DNA of 63,441 nt, filler included, from 23 parts of 23 records of this genome joined end to end with filler, not necessarily neighbours in it; one strand, 5' to 3'; positions 35,651-49,453 are shown, numbered from the whole stretch's first letter. A program made the numbers and translations. Notes: generated by a model not told the origin, from the letters alone.

Positions 35651-35992
35651 TTTTGTAGCTCCTGTGATTTTCACAGTCAAGCTATCCCACGAACCTTAAA
35701 AATTCCTTATACAGATGTGGTTTTAATAATTTGTTATTTAAAAAATTGATAGTGCATATTGTAACCAGCCAATATAAGCAATGGCGTGAGCACAGGTATC
35801 TTTCTCTGTTGGCCGTATTGTGTATGGAATCCGTTATTGGTTAACTCAATGCGGGTTAGCTTATTAATATACAGACACGTCATAGTGATGAGCGTGTCTG
35901 TAGCTAGCTTGCGTTCAGTGGCGTTTGTGGATGGACCAGTGGCAGTTATGATAACTTACTAAAGCGGCATCGAGGCGTTATCATGAGAATAC

Positions 35993-36643
35993 TCAATGAG
36001 ACATCATTTCCTCGACCACTTCTTCGCTACTCAACTGATATGGATAATACGTTGGCCAGTTTTCCATTTCATTTAATAAAGATTGCTGTGAATCATTACC
36101 CATAAAAATGTGAAAATGAGATGATTTTCGTGGTGCAATTATATGATCGCTAAATTGTATATATTTAGGGGCTTTGCTTTCAGGATCTTTACATTCGAAT
36201 AAGTAACGAACGCCTTTCTTGCCTGATTTATAGGTGAGTATTTTGTATCCATCGTAATCATATTTACACGATGTTGTTTCATTATTTCTATGGAATTCAA
36301 CAATGCCGTCCTCAATGCCAATCATCTCGATATCTGTTGCATAACCTTTGTGATAATAATCTTTAATTTCAGCAAATGTTTTAGTTTTATCTGCATCCGC
36401 TTTCTTCTGAAAGACGGGGTCAAGTTTGCCACTTTGCAGTAAAGGATAAACGGATTGCCAGACTCCATCCCAGTCACTGAGCGTTCGGTTTTGTACATTG
36501 GCATCATCAAAAACACCATTAGCAGCTTTTTGTTCGACCTCTGTTAAGGGTTTGCCGTGTGAGTGATGACCATGCGAAAAGGCAGGAGCGCTAACAATAA
36601 AGACACTTAAAGCAACAGCCAGTTTGTAAAGACGAATCGCCAA
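35993..36643 (-). CDS. zinT: Periplasmic Zn/Cd-binding protein
   Basis: Signal peptide followed by HGHHSH; 216 aa. Confidence 0.97.
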   Translation of the reverse strand: MAIRLYKLAVALSVFIVSAPAFSHGHHSHGKPLTEVEQKAANGVFDDANVQNRTLSDWDGVWQSVYPLLQSGKLDPVFQKKADADKTKTFAEIKDYYHKGYATDIEMIGIEDGIVEFHRNNETTSCKYDYDGYKILTYKSGKKGVRYLFECKDPESKAPKYIQFSDHIIAPRKSSHFHIFMGNDSQQSLLNEMENWPTYYPYQLSSEEVVEEMMSH

Positions 36644-36678
36644 AACAGTTTCCTCCAGAGTTAATGTATATGATGTGT

Positions 36679-36697
36679 AATGTTATATTGTAACATA
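36679..36697. promoter_or_regulatory. Zur box upstream of zinT
   Basis: ATGTTA-TATTG-TAACAT palindrome; zinT is a known Zur target. Confidence 0.75.
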
Positions 36698-36818
36698 TAG
36701 CAAAATGCAACAACTCTTAGGAAACGAGAGCATGGCTTTCTCAGTTCTACTTATCTATCTTATTGAAATAAAATAAATTATTTTGGTGATTTGAGGTTGA
36801 TGACAAACGAAACATAAC

Positions 36819-36868
36819 CTGATGCGATCTGTGTATGCCGGATAGGGCGCTCGCGCCACATCCGGCAG
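36819..36868. repeat. REP element
   Basis: GCCGGATAGGGCGCTCGCGCCACATCCGGC. Confidence 0.75.
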
Positions 36869-36899
36869 GGATAACGCGTACTTTGTCGGCAATATGAAG

Positions 36900-37535
36900 T
36901 TATACAGATAATTTGTTGTGAACCTGCTTGCGTAACCGGTTAAAAAGGGAACGCAACTTCTTATACCGTAAGGCTAAAAGCAGTACAGCCAGCCCAGCGT
37001 AGATGAGCGGCTGCGGTGAAATAATCTTCACGGACCACAGATAATGTATTGGGGCCAGAATCGCGACAAGATAGACGAAATTATGCAACTGTTGCCAGTG
37101 CTTGCCGAGTTTTCGCTGCATCGCCTGGGTTGAAGTGAACGCTAAAGCAAGCAAAATTACCCAGCTGATAATACCTAACGTTAAATAAGGCCGGGTAATT
37201 AACTCCTTACCTAATAACGCCAGATTATTCACGCCCAGCTCCAGCAATGCGTAACTTGTTAAATGCAGTGTCGCCCAGGCAAAGCACCATAATCCTAACA
37301 GGCGGCGAGTGCGTATCAATAACGGCTGTTTTGCGTAGCGTGCCAGAGGGGTGATTAACAAGGTCGCCAGCAAAAATTTCAGTGCAGTGCGACCAGTAAA
37401 ATGCTGAATATCTTTCACCGGATCGGCACCCAGTCCACCGTGATTGATCGCCCAGACCAGCCAGAGAAACGGCAACAATCCGGCAAGATGCAGGCAAACT
37501 TTCAGCCATGTCACCTGTTTTGCTGTCAGACGCAT
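36900..37535 (-). CDS. msrQ: Methionine sulfoxide reductase heme subunit
   Basis: [19 protein letters not shown], 211 aa. Confidence 0.96.
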   Translation of the reverse strand: MRLTAKQVTWLKVCLHLAGLLPFLWLVWAINHGGLGADPVKDIQHFTGRTALKFLLATLLITPLARYAKQPLLIRTRRLLGLWCFAWATLHLTSYALLELGVNNLALLGKELITRPYLTLGIISWVILLALAFTSTQAMQRKLGKHWQQLHNFVYLVAILAPIHYLWSVKIISPQPLIYAGLAVLLLALRYKKLRSLFNRLRKQVHNKLSV

Positions 37536-37700
<165 letters not shown>

Positions 37701-37903
37701 NNNNNNNNNNNNNNNNNNNNNNNNNNNNNNNNNNNNNNNNNNNNTTAATTAATTAANNNNNNNNNNNNNNNNNNNNNNNNNNNNNNNNNNNNNNNNNNNN
37801 CACACACACACACACACACACACGGACACATATATACACACACACGAACACACACACTCGCACACTCGCACGCGCGTACAGGGGCAACAAGTGTGGGACG
37901 TAC

Positions 37904-40754
37904 ATTGATAGGTGAATGTGGCTGCACCGACAAAGTCCTCGTTGTTGTTGCTGATAGCGACTGCGATCGCGCCCACCGCATGCCGTGGTGATACACACCA
38001 TAACGTTGATGCAGTTAGGTATGTGCCTCCCGCGATCGTTGAGTCAAAGCGGCACATCAAGTTCGCAGATGCCACGAAGTCCGCGCCCGTAACGGTGACG
38101 ACCGTAGCACCATCTACAGAGAAAAATTGTCAATATCCGGAACAGCAACCGGACAACGTGGCCCGAGAAAGCAACCATAGCGTACCGGTAGGCCCTTTCA
38201 CCGTGGACAGACTGCTGACAGCAGCATTCACGAGGTACATATACTGCACAGCGTCGGTGGTGTAGTCCTGATTGTTGTTACTGATCTCGATCGCCACATC
38301 TTCCGTTGCAGCTACGGCCGTCGCTGAACACGAAATCTCCGTGGCGCTGATAAAGGAAGCTGACACGGGCAGGTACGTCCCAAAGCGACACACGAGGGCG
38401 TCCGAGTTGAGGAACGCAGTACCGTAAACTGAGACCGTGGTCGCAGCCGCCAGGGCTCCGGTGGTGGGTCGAATGGAGGTAACCGTCGGAAGATCTGCAC
38501 AATCACCACCAACATTAACACAGTCATCACCAACACCGAATACGTACGCACACAATATCCTGCGCGTCTGAGCTTAACGTACCGTAGTACAGGTACTCGG
38601 CGCGTGTGTTGCTGTAGTCCTGCCCATTGTTACTCAGCTCTACAAACACTGTCCCCGCGGGCTTTGCAGGCGCCACACACACAACGGTACTAGACGCGGT
38701 CGCAGTAGCTGCGGTGGCCAACGTCGTACCAAACTTACACGCAACACCGGCGTAGAAATTCACGCCCGTCACTGTCACAAGCGTGCCGCCGGTGCTAGGT
38801 CCCGTCACCGGTAACATACTGCTGACAGCTTCGTACTCGCGCCACGCGAAAGCGGGGCCCGACGCTGTGTAGTCTTGATCGTTGTTTGTAAATGCGATCA
38901 CAGTAGCGGCGGCAGGGTGCGCCGGGGCGACACAGCGCGCGGTGGATGCTGCCAGAACGGTAGCGGTGACGGGCAGGGTGTCAAAGAGACAGCGTGTTTT
39001 GGTGGACGTTACAAAGTTGGTGCCCGTTACCGTTACAGTGGTACCACCGACTGCAACATCACGTACGATGAGATTGGGGGCAAAGGGGGTATAACTCACG
39101 AGAGATTCGTTTCAAAGAACAACACGAGAGTCGATTATCCAACACATGAACGCCCACGTCTGAGCCTAACGTACCGACTGGACCAGTGCTGAAGTCAACG
39201 GACGCAACCGTGGCCGTATCTACGAGCATGCACTCAGTCAGAGCCCATCCACAGCGAAACTTCACACAAATAGCGGAGTACCACATACCTTCATAGGTGT
39301 ATGTGGCTGATGACGAATAGTCCTGGTTATTATTGCTAACCTGTACCGCCACGGATCCTGCTGTCTGGGCCGGCGCATTACACAACAGCCGTGTCGCCGC
39401 ATTCCACCTGCAACAATACAAACCAAGGTATCAGCATCACTATTAATGTACCAAAGCAACGAGCAAGTGCGCGTACGTTGCCAACACAACCGCTGTGCCA
39501 AACTTGCAGGTGAGAGTGTTAAACTCCTGAAAGTTGGATCCCACCACCATCACCACAGATCCGGTGTCAGGACCCGTAGTGGGCGTGAGCGATGTGATGG
39601 TAGGCGGAGCTAATGCACGCAGCACAACGTGAGTAGAAACACGTAACACAGCAAAAATACGCATGTGTGTTCGCAGACCACAGTATCCACACCGTGTTGC
39701 GACGCCGTACCGTAGAACACGAAATCTGCCCGTGTATCGGTCCAGTCCTGATTGTTGTTGCTCACATCCACGTAAACCGTGGTGGCCGTGCGTGCGGGTG
39801 TTGTGCATCGGATCTGCGTGGTGGCAACAAACACAGCCGACACGAACGACGTCCCAAAACGACACATGGTTGCCGCGTAGAAGTTCTGTCCCGCCACTGT
39901 GACCACGGTGCCTCCCGAGGTGGGGCCAGTTTCCGGCAGCAGACTCGTGATGCTCATCGCAGCTGTGACAAACAAACACCACAACACGCACACACACAAA
40001 TGTTGTGAGTATATGTACGAGTTCGCATGCATGCTCACAACAGGCAACGTACGCTCGTAAGTGAAGGGAACACCGGTGCCCACGTCGCGATTGTTGTTCG
40101 ACACAGTCACTGTGACAGTATCGGGGTACCGTGGCGGAGCATAGCATGAAACTCTCGTGGCAGACGCAAAAGTTGCTACGGCCGATGTTGCACCAAACCG
40201 ACAGAACAAAGCCGCGGTGTTGATAAAGTTAGAACCACCAACCGTAACCAGGACGCTTGTATCTTGAGGACCGACCGAGGGCGATAACGACGTGACCACA
40301 GTATCGGCTGTACACATGCAGACCGTCAGTACATGTTCTTCTTCGCACTGAAACAGAAAACAGGTCGCACTGAGGTTTGTGATTCACCACGTGGTCCGTA
40401 CCGTAATACACGTAGGTCGTAGAGGAGCTGATAAAGTTCTGGAAGTTGTTCGATACATAGACGGTGACCGAGCCTGCTGATTTGGCGGGCGTGCTGCACA
40501 TCATCGTACTCGCAGAGAGCCACGTCCCCAATACATCTGCATCCGAAGCAAATGTCAGTTACCCGGAGCATATTCTCCACCTCTGCAAAGATTGACCGGC
40601 TCCGGAGCGTGCTAACAACGCATACCTGATGTGCCGAAGCGACAAGCCAATGTATGAAGACTGATCAAGTTGGCTGTACCCGTAGTGACAAGCACCAGAG
40701 TGCCTCCCGAAACAGGACCCTGCGTGGGGAACACTGACACCATCGTCTGACTCG
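37904..40754 (-). CDS. Tandem IPT/TIG (Ig-like) repeat protein, internal fragment with 8 repeats (eukaryotic)
   Basis: Spliced exons repeat the pattern SxxPxxGPxxGGTxVTVxGxNF...CxFG...CxxP...VxVSNNxQD...[FY]xY; GT-AG introns, several with CTAAC/CTGAC branch points. Confidence 0.88.
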
Positions 40755-40898
40755 CTGCACAGATGAAACACACATCGAAGGTTAGTGTGTGTGTGTGTNN
40801 NNNNNNNNNNNNNNNNNNNNNNNNNNNNNNNNNNNNNNNNNNTTAATTAATTAANNNNNNNNNNNNNNNNNNNNNNNNNNNNNNNNNNNNNNNNNNNN

Positions 40899-41353
40899 AG
40901 TTTGTAGTGAAGGTAACGCAGCCAATTATCGGGCCACTGCGCCGCGTTATTCCGGCAATGGGGCCAATTGACAGCGCCTCGCTGCTGGTTGCCTATATTC
41001 TCAGTTTTATCAAAGCCATCGTGCTGTTTAAAGTGGTGACCTTCCTGCCAATCATCTGGATTGCCGGTTTACTGATTCTGCTGAAAACCATCGGCCTGCT
41101 GATTTTCTGGGTCCTGCTGGTGATGGCGATTATGAGCTGGGTAAGCCAGGGGCGTAGCCCGATTGAATACGTGCTGATTCAGCTGGCCGATCCGCTGCTG
41201 CGCCCGATTCGCCGCCTGCTACCGGCAATGGGTGGGATTGATTTCTCGCCGATGATCCTCGTTCTGCTGCTGTATGTCATCAATATGGGTGTCGCAGAAG
41301 TATTACAGGCAACCGGAAATATGCTGCTGCCAGGGCTGTGGATGGCGTTATGA
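40899..41353 (+). CDS. yggT: YggT membrane protein, 5' truncated
   Basis: [20 protein letters not shown]. Confidence 0.95.
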
Positions 41354-41640
41354 ATGCCGTAACAGTTAATGATGACGGTCTGGTTTTACGGCTCTATATT
41401 CAGCCGAAAGCCAGCCGTGATTCTATTGTCGGTTTACATGGCGACGAAGTTAAAGTCGCCATTACCGCGCCGCCGGTTGACGGCCAGGCCAACAGTCATC
41501 TGGTGAAGTTTCTCGGTAAGCAATTCCGGGTTGCCAAAAGCCAGGTGGTGATTGAAAAAGGCGAACTTGGCCGCCACAAACAAATTAAAATCATTAATCC
41601 GCAACAAATCCCGCCAGAAATCGCGGCGTTAATTAATTAG
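41350..41640 (+). CDS. yggU: DUF167 protein
   Basis: [10 protein letters not shown]...APPVDGQAN. Confidence 0.95.
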   Translation: MNAVTVNDDGLVLRLYIQPKASRDSIVGLHGDEVKVAITAPPVDGQANSHLVKFLGKQFRVAKSQVVIEKGELGRHKQIKIINPQQIPPEIAALIN

Positions 41641-41647
41641 GTATCCT

Positions 41648-42241
41648 ATGCAAAAAGTTGTCCTCGCAACCGGCAATGTCGGTAAAGTGCGTGAGCTGGC
41701 GTCGCTGCTTAGCGACTTCGGTCTTGATATCGTGGCCCAAACAGACCTCGGCGTTGATTCCGCTGAAGAAACCGGCCTGACCTTTATCGAAAACGCGATT
41801 CTGAAAGCGCGCCATGCGGCAAAAGTGACCGCTTTACCGGCAATTGCCGACGACTCTGGTCTGGCGGTAGATGTGCTTGGCGGCGCGCCGGGCATTTACT
41901 CCGCGCGTTATTCCGGTGAAGACGCGACCGATCAAAAGAATCTGCAAAAACTGCTGGAAACAATGAAAGACGTACCGGACGACCAACGTCAGGCGCGTTT
42001 CCACTGCGTGCTGGTATATCTGCGTCACGCGGAAGATCCCACTCCGCTGGTATGCCACGGTAGCTGGCCGGGCGTGATTACTCGTGAACCAGCGGGCACT
42101 GGTGGCTTTGGTTATGATCCAATCTTCTTCGTACCTTCCGAAGGGAAAACCGCCGCCGAACTGACCCGCGAAGAAAAGAGCGCCATTTCCCACCGTGGTC
42201 AGGCGTTGAAACTGCTGCTGGACGCTTTACGTAATGGTTAA
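41648..42241 (+). CDS. rdgB: dITP/XTP pyrophosphatase
   Basis: ATGNVGK, ADDSGL, GFGYDP and SHRG motifs. Confidence 0.98.
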   Translation: MQKVVLATGNVGKVRELASLLSDFGLDIVAQTDLGVDSAEETGLTFIENAILKARHAAKVTALPAIADDSGLAVDVLGGAPGIYSARYSGEDATDQKNLQKLLETMKDVPDDQRQARFHCVLVYLRHAEDPTPLVCHGSWPGVITREPAGTGGFGYDPIFFVPSEGKTAAELTREEKSAISHRGQALKLLLDALRNG

Positions 42242-43370
42242 ATTACCTCCGCTGAGTCTCTACATTCACATCCCGTGGTGCGTGCAGAAATGCCCGTACT
42301 GCGATTTCAACTCTCACGCGTTGAAAGGAGAAGTGCCGCACGACGATTATGTTCAGCATCTGCTTAACGATCTGGACAACGATGTGGCTTACGCTCAGGG
42401 CCGTGAAGTAAAGACAATCTTTATTGGCGGTGGTACGCCGAGCCTGCTTTCCGGCCCGGCGATGCAAACGCTGCTGGACGGCGTGCGTGCGCGTTTGCCG
42501 CTGGCAGCGGATGCAGAAATTACTATGGAAGCGAACCCTGGCACGGTAGAAGCCGATCGCTTTGTCGATTATCAGCGTGCTGGTGTGAACCGCATCTCTA
42601 TTGGTGTGCAGAGTTTTAGCGAAGAAAAGCTGAAACGACTTGGGCGTATTCATGGCCCGCAAGAAGCGAAACGCGCGGCGAAGCTGGCGAGCGGTTTAGG
42701 GTTACGTAGCTTTAACCTTGATTTGATGCATGGGCTGCCGGATCAATCACTGGAAGAGGCGCTTGGCGATCTACGCCAGGCCATTGAACTGAATCCGCCG
42801 CATCTTTCCTGGTATCAACTGACCATCGAACCCAATACGCTGTTTGGTTCGCGACCACCGGTGCTGCCGGACGATGACGCGTTGTGGGATATATTCGAAC
42901 AGGGGCATCAGTTATTAACCGCAGCGGGTTATCAGCAATATGAAACTTCCGCTTACGCCAAACCCGGTTATCAGTGCCAGCACAATCTCAACTACTGGCG
43001 CTTTGGTGACTACATCGGTATTGGCTGCGGCGCACACGGCAAAGTGACCTTCCCGGATGGGCGCATTCTGCGTACCACCAAAACGCGTCATCCGCGTGGT
43101 TTTATGCAAGGAAGGTATCTGGAAAGCCAGCGTGATGTCGAAGCCACAGATAAGCCGTTTGAGTTCTTTATGAATCGCTTCCGTCTGCTGGAGGCCGCGC
43201 CGCGCGTGGAGTTTATTGCGTATACCGGGCTTTGCGAAGATGTGATTCGCCCACAGTTAGACGAGGCGATTGCCCAGGGTTATCTCACCGAATGTGCGGA
43301 TTACTGGCAGATAACGGAACATGGGAAGCTGTTTTTAAATTCGCTGCTGGAGCTTTTTCTGGCTGAGTAA
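42234..43370 (+). CDS. hemW: Radical SAM heme chaperone
   Basis: [16 protein letters not shown]. Confidence 0.97.
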   Translation: MVKLPPLSLYIHIPWCVQKCPYCDFNSHALKGEVPHDDYVQHLLNDLDNDVAYAQGREVKTIFIGGGTPSLLSGPAMQTLLDGVRARLPLAADAEITMEANPGTVEADRFVDYQRAGVNRISIGVQSFSEEKLKRLGRIHGPQEAKRAAKLASGLGLRSFNLDLMHGLPDQSLEEALGDLRQAIELNPPHLSWYQLTIEPNTLFGSRPPVLPDDDALWDIFEQGHQLLTAAGYQQYETSAYAKPGYQCQHNLNYWRFGDYIGIGCGAHGKVTFPDGRILRTTKTRHPRGFMQGRYLESQRDVEATDKPFEFFMNRFRLLEAAPRVEFIAYTGLCEDVIRPQLDEAIAQGYLTECADYWQITEHGKLFLNSLLELFLAE

Positions 43371-43377
43371 ACTTGTA

Positions 43378-43405
43378 TTGCCGGATGCGGCGTGAACGCC
43401 TTATC
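43378..43405. repeat. REP element, truncated
   Basis: TTGCCGGATGCGGCGTGAACGCCTTATC. Confidence 0.9.
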
Positions 43406-43505
43406 NNNNNNNNNNNNNNNNNNNNNNNNNNNNNNNNNNNNNNNNNNNNTTAATTAATTAANNNNNNNNNNNNNNNNNNNNNNNNNNNNNNNNNNNNNNN
43501 NNNNN

Positions 43506-43756
43506 CTTTCAATAAGTATGACTGGATGCTTGAGTCGGGAGGAAATATTTGCAGTATACCTTCCGTTTCAGGCGAAGATCGTATATTGCAAGCAATGATT
43601 GCAGCATTTTTTCTTCTTACGCCACTTATTATTCTTATCTTAAGAAAACTCTTTATGCGGGAAATGTTCGAGTTTTGGGTATATGTATTCTCGCTCGGTA
43701 TTTGTCTGGTTTGTGGTTGGTGGCTTTTTTGGGGACGGTTTATATTTTGCTATTAG
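43506..43756 (+). CDS. ygiZ: Inner membrane protein, 3' part
   Basis: Hydrophobic ORF convergent on qseC, as in E. coli K-12. Confidence 0.75.
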
Positions 43757-43801
43757 TAAAATCTATGAGAGTCGTTTTAACGGCTCTCATAGACAGAGAA
43801 G

Positions 43802-45151
43802 TTACCAGCTTACCTTCGCCTCAAATCCACCTTGTTCCGCATTCCCAAATTCAACATTCATGCCATGCAATTTGGCGATTCGCTGGACAATCGATAGCCC
43901 AAGCCCGCTGCCGGTAGCGGTTTGTCCGGGTGGGCGATAGAAGCGTTCGCCAATTCGCGCCAGTGCCTCTGGTGTCACACCGGGGCCGTTATCCCTCACG
44001 ATGAAATTATCAGCATTCAGCGTGACGTCTACCACGCTGCCCTGTGGACTGTAGCGCACGGCGTTATCCAGCAAATTTCGCACCAACAAACTTAGCAATA
44101 GCGGTTGCCCGGTGCGTTTGATGCTGTGGGCATTGAGTGTCAGTCGCACGTCAATTTTCGCCTGCTGCGCCGTGTGGTAAATATCCATCACCGACGATTG
44201 CAGGAGATCTTCAAGCGGGATCTCCGCGACGTCCTGAAGGTTATCCAGTGAGTCCAGCCGCGATAGCGTGAGCAGTTGATCAACCAGACGAGTAGCGCGA
44301 TCGATCCCGGAATGTAATTGGAGCAGTGCTTTTTTCCGCGCCTGCGGATCATCGTCAGAGAGCTGCGCAACTTCGGTTTGCACTTTCAGCGCCGTTAACG
44401 GGCTACGAAGTTCGTGAGCTGCGTCGGAGGTAAAGCGTCGTTCACGAACCATCATCGCATGTGTGCGGGCGAACAGTTGATTTAGCGACTCAACCAGTGG
44501 CCGCACTTCGCTGGGTACGCCAGTCGCGTTTAGTGGTTTTTCCGAGTCAGGGTCACGCATACGTAGTGCCAGCGCCAGTTTGTTCAGCGGCGCGAGTTCA
44601 CGACCCAGTAGTACCATCATGATGATTAACATAATCGGCAGTGCGACCAGCCACGGGATCAATTGCCCGGCAACAATCGCCAGCGCCATGTCTTCACGGT
44701 ATTCCCATTCCTGGCCAACAACGATGCGATATTTGCCATCAGGTGAGGTCATCCAGACAAAACGCCAAGGATCGTCTTCACCGACCAGTTGCCCGTCAGC
44801 AAAACCTTCCCGTTGATAGCTATAGGGAATATCTTCTCCGTTATCGCCATCATTAAGGACCATTCTGCCGTCGTGGGTAAAGATGGCAAAGGTCAGCGCA
44901 TCGTCATCAACATGACCGTGTTTTAATCTATTTGGCGTCTGTGCCATGCGATCCGCCGCGTTGATTTCGTTGAGATCGAGCGTACTTAACCGCTTGGCAA
45001 ACAGCATCAGTTGGGTGTCGAACAATTCATCGACGTTATCCGTTGTTTGTTTCCAGGCGACAAAGCTGGAAAGCAGCCAGGTCACCGAGGCCAGAATTAA
45101 AAAGATTAGCGTCAGCCTGACGCGCAGACTAAGACGTTGGGTAAATTTCAT
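43802..45151 (-). CDS. qseC: Sensor histidine kinase
   Basis: [16 protein letters not shown] and GSGLGL motifs; 449 aa. Confidence 0.98.
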
Positions 45152-45807
45152 TTCTCACCTAATGTGTAACCAATACCATGCACGGTACGAATAAAATCAC
45201 TACCGAGTTTGCGTCGCAGATGATGCACATGCACTTCAACGGCATTACTGGTGACCTCTTCGTCCCAGGTATACAGTTTCTCTTCAATCAGTTTGCGCGA
45301 CAGTACCCGACCAGCGTTACGCATCAGTAATTCCAGCAGGGCAAATTCTTTTGGTTTCAGTGTTAAGGGTTCGCCAGCCAGCGTGGCGATACGTTTGCCG
45401 GGGTCGAGCATGACGTTACCGTGGCGCAGCTCGTTGCTGGCCTGGCCGTTGGTTCGGCGCATCAGAGCTTCCAGCCTGGCGGCGACTTCTATCAACGCAA
45501 AAGGTTTACACAGATAATCGTCAGCTCCCAGACGCAGCCCTTCTACACGTTCCGCCAGCGCATCGCGCGCGGTCAGGATCAGTACCGGCTCACGCTGACC
45601 TTTTTCTCGCCATTCGCGCAAAATATCGCGACCATCCATGCCTGGTAAGGTTAAATCCAGGATCACCGCATCATAAGGTGCGCTATAAAGCGCCTCTTTT
45701 CCCTGACGACCTTGTGTAAACCAGTCGACGCTAAAACCCATTTTACTAAGGCCCGTTTTGATGCCGTCGCCAATCAGCATGTCATCTTCTATCAGTAAAA
45801 TTCGCAT
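45148..45807 (-). CDS. qseB: Response regulator
   Basis: OmpR family, 219 aa. Confidence 0.98.
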
Positions 45808-45957
45808 TTTTTCATCCCTGCGATAACCGTATTTGCTGCCAGTAAACCGTGTTGTAACGCGCTCTGTACAGCACTAAATTTTATTTTTTCCCTTAAGAAG
45901 TTGTTAAGGACTATCTTGTTAAATGCTCGGAAACAGACATTAAAGGGAGTAATAAAC

Positions 45958-46214
45958 ATGAAAAAATTCGCAGCAGTAATCGCAGTAATGGCCCTGTGCA
46001 GCGCACCGGTGATGGCAGCAGAGCAGGGCGGTTTTTCTGGCCCATCGGCAACGCAAAGTCAGGCCGGAGGATTCCAGGGGCCGAACGGCAGCGTAACGAC
46101 TGTAGAAAGCGCAAAATCCCTGCGTGACGACACCTGGGTAACCCTGCGCGGCAATATCGTTGAACGCATCTCTGACGATCTCTACGTGTTCAAAGATGCC
46201 AGCGGTACTATCAA
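45958..46214 (+). CDS. ygiW: BOF (OB-fold) periplasmic protein, 3' truncated
   Basis: MKKFAAVIAVMALCSAPVMA; divergent from qseB. Confidence 0.95.
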
Positions 46215-46314
46215 NNNNNNNNNNNNNNNNNNNNNNNNNNNNNNNNNNNNNNNNNNNNTTAATTAATTAANNNNNNNNNNNNNNNNNNNNNNNNNNNNNN
46301 NNNNNNNNNNNNNN

Positions 46315-47090
46315 GGTTTCTCCAGATCGCCCGCTTCCGGCAATTGTTCATACAACTCTGAAAGCATCCACAGCAGGCTGGCGGCGTACAGTTTCGGCAT
46401 CTGATAAAGTTTCTCGGCGCTGAGGATATTGATAACGCCTTTACCGTTGGCATCGGTGCGCATCCAGTCTTTGATATCCAGCATCGGCTCACCAAAGAAG
46501 TGTGCTGCGCCTTGCTGTTCCAGCGACAACAGCCCGCGCTGGATGGCACCAACCGATGCGCTACTGATATTACCGTACTGATTCTGGAAGGATTTGGCGT
46601 TATCGCCGATGTACTGGGTAATTGCCCGCAGATCTTTAAAGTCGAGCAGTAACAGCCCCTGATCGTCAGCAATGCGGAAGATGATATTCAGCACGCCAGA
46701 TTGCACATCGTTGAGATTCAACAGTCGTGCCAGCAACAGCGGCCCCAGATCCGAAACCGTCGCCCGCACCGGATGGCCTTTCTCGCCAAAGATATCCCAC
46801 ATCACCACCGGATTGGCATGCGGTTGCCAGTCATTGACGCCGATATTTTTAAGCCTTGCGAGCAGTTTTTCCGACACCGTTCCTGCCTGCGCGACGCCGG
46901 TCAGATCGCCTTTCACATCAGCCATAAACACCGGCACGCCGATTTCCGACAATGACTCCGCCAGTTTTTGCAGCGTAACGGTTTTACCCGTCCCCGTTGC
47001 GCCGGTAATCAGCCCATGACGGTTAGCCATTCCCGGCAGTAAAAACAGTTCTGTGTCCGGCGTGCGGGCAATTAACAGGGGTTCACTCAT
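46315..47090 (-). CDS. yjgR: DUF853 HerA-like ATPase, 3' truncated
   Basis: [15 protein letters not shown] Walker A. Confidence 0.95.
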
Positions 47091-47167
47091 GAGATATCCT
47101 CCAGTTTCCTGCCTGGAGTATAGGCAACGTCCGGCAAAGAGAATACGTGTAATGAAGAGAAAATAAC

Positions 47168-48166
47168 CTAAAGCGTGTTGCCGTGATAAATCTGATACCC
47201 GAGGTCAACAGTGTTGTGGTTGTGATCGTTATTTTTAATTTTGCTCAGCAACATTTGGGCGGCCATCCGACCAATATCAAAACGGGGAGTAATTACGCTG
47301 GCGAGGCTTGGGATCATTTGCCTGCCAATCTCCAGCCCATGAAAACCCGCAATGGAAATTTGTTCTGGCACGGCGAGGTTTCGCTCGCGGCACAGCAGAA
47401 GCGCACCCATCGCAATATCGTCATTGGTGCAAAATACACCGTCTAAATCCGGGTTTGCGCTAAGGGCATCACGCATTAACTGCATTCCTAAATGAATGGA
47501 TGAGATGGCGCGTGGATTCATGCGTAATGGGGAAAGATTATGCAGCATCATCGCATCGCAATACCCCTGATAACGCTGTTCATCGCGGGTGTCATCTTTG
47601 GAACCGAGATACAGAATTTTGTGCCTGACTCGCTTCTCCAGCATGGTACACACCATGTCAAAAGCGGCCTGCCGATTATCAAAACCGACCTCCATATCCA
47701 GCCGTTCTCCCTGTACATCCATCAATTCCACGACCGGAATGGTGGCTGAACGCAGAAATTTCACCGTCCTGATGGTGTGATATTTTTCCGAAAGTATAAT
47801 CCCGTCAATGTTATAAGAGAGCAGGTTAATCACCGACTCTTCTTCGGAATCGCGATCGTAATTGTAATTAGCAATAAGGGTCTGATAATTATGCTCAGAG
47901 GTGACGGATTCTATTCCCGCGAGAATGTCAGCGAAGAGTTGATTTTGAAATGACGGAATCAAGATACCGAGGGTATAACTTTGTGCATTCAACAACATGC
48001 CGGGAGCGCGATTAGGGATATAATTGATCTCTTCCATAATTTTGGCGATGCGCTCGCCTGTTTCCTTTGCCACCTTTTTCGGCGAGCGGATATAACGACT
48101 CACGGTCATTTTTGTTACGCCAGCCAGCGTAGCGATATCCTGTAAAGAAATTCTGTGATTGCGCAT
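47168..48166 (-). CDS. idnR: LacI-family regulator of L-idonate genes
   Basis: [24 protein letters not shown]. Confidence 0.96.
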   Translation of the reverse strand: MRNHRISLQDIATLAGVTKMTVSRYIRSPKKVAKETGERIAKIMEEINYIPNRAPGMLLNAQSYTLGILIPSFQNQLFADILAGIESVTSEHNYQTLIANYNYDRDSEEESVINLLSYNIDGIILSEKYHTIRTVKFLRSATIPVVELMDVQGERLDMEVGFDNRQAAFDMVCTMLEKRVRHKILYLGSKDDTRDEQRYQGYCDAMMLHNLSPLRMNPRAISSIHLGMQLMRDALSANPDLDGVFCTNDDIAMGALLLCRERNLAVPEQISIAGFHGLEIGRQMIPSLASVITPRFDIGRMAAQMLLSKIKNNDHNHNTVDLGYQIYHGNTL

Positions 48167-48231
48167 AACTTCTCCCAACGTCGGGGAATCTTCAATCTTC
48201 CCCCGAAACTACATCACAATATTTTATTCTT

Positions 48232-49353
48232 TCAGTGCAATACGGCGTTAATGGCTAACACGCCCAGCAAACCCATAATAGAAATAAGGGTTTCCATCAC
48301 CGTCCAGGTACGCAACGTTTCACCAACCGTCAGATTAAAATACCCTTTAAATAGCCAGAAGCCAGGGTCGTTTACGTGTGACGCGATCACGCTGCCCGCA
48401 CCGGTTGCCAGTACCATTAAAGCGGGATCGGCATGGGTAACGTTGATAATCGGCAACACCACACCCGCGGTGGTAATGGCCGCGACGGTGGCAGAGCCCA
48501 GAGCGATACGCAACAGCGCCGCAACAGTCCAGCACATCAATAACGGCGAAAGTGTAGTTCCGGTCATTAAGTGTGAAATATAGTGCCCGACACCGCTATC
48601 TACTAATACCTGCTTAAACGCGCCGCCGCCAGCGATAATAAACACAATCATCGCGATAGCGCCTATAGAATCCCCAATGATATCCATGATTTGCTCGATG
48701 GTGCGTCCATTACGTCGGCCCAGTGTGAAAATCGCAATAACAATGGCAATAAACAGCGCAACGGCAGGGTTACCGACAAATTCAAAGAAGAGGCGCACGG
48801 TGTTAGTTTTCGGTAACGTAATTTCACAAACGGCGGCGATAGCCATCAGGATGACCGGGATCACGGCAGCGAAAATACTGTTCCAGAAGGAGGGCATCTC
48901 CTCTTCGCTAAACAGATGAGGATTAAATAAGCCTTCCGGTGGTGCTTTCTCAAAGCGAGTTAGCAGTTTAGAAAACAGCGGTCCTGCGACAATAACTGTC
49001 GGAATGGTAATGATAAATCCATACAGTAAAGTCGTTCCGAGATTAGCCTCAAAGATAGTCGCGATGGCAGTAGGCCCTGGATGTGGCGGCAGAAAACAGT
49101 GGGTTACAGAGAGCGCTGCTACCATTGGTACGCCAACATACAACAGGGGTAATCCTGATGATGCTACGATGGTAAATACCAACGGCAACAGCAGGACAAA
49201 ACCCACTTCAAAAACATGGCGAGGCCCACAACCAGACCGGTGATCACTAGCGCCCATTGCACGCGTTTTTTACCAAAAGTAGCAATCAGCGTAGTGGCGA
49301 TACGTTGTGCCGCACCCGTATCAGAAATCAGCTTGCCTAACATGGCCCCGAAA
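48232..49353 (-). CDS. idnT: L-idonate/gluconate transporter, 5' truncated, 1-nt homopolymer frameshift near 49210-49214
   Basis: GntP motifs FLPPHPGP and SHVNDPGFW. Adding one A restores GLVVGLAMFFEVGF. Confidence 0.94.
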
Positions 49354-49453
49354 NNNNNNNNNNNNNNNNNNNNNNNNNNNNNNNNNNNNNNNNNNNNTTA
49401 ATTAATTAANNNNNNNNNNNNNNNNNNNNNNNNNNNNNNNNNNNNNNNNNNNN

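Noticed and set aside
41629-41639. TTAATTAATTA resembling the spacer
   Set aside because: Natural end of yggU (ALIN-stop) with no flanking Ns.
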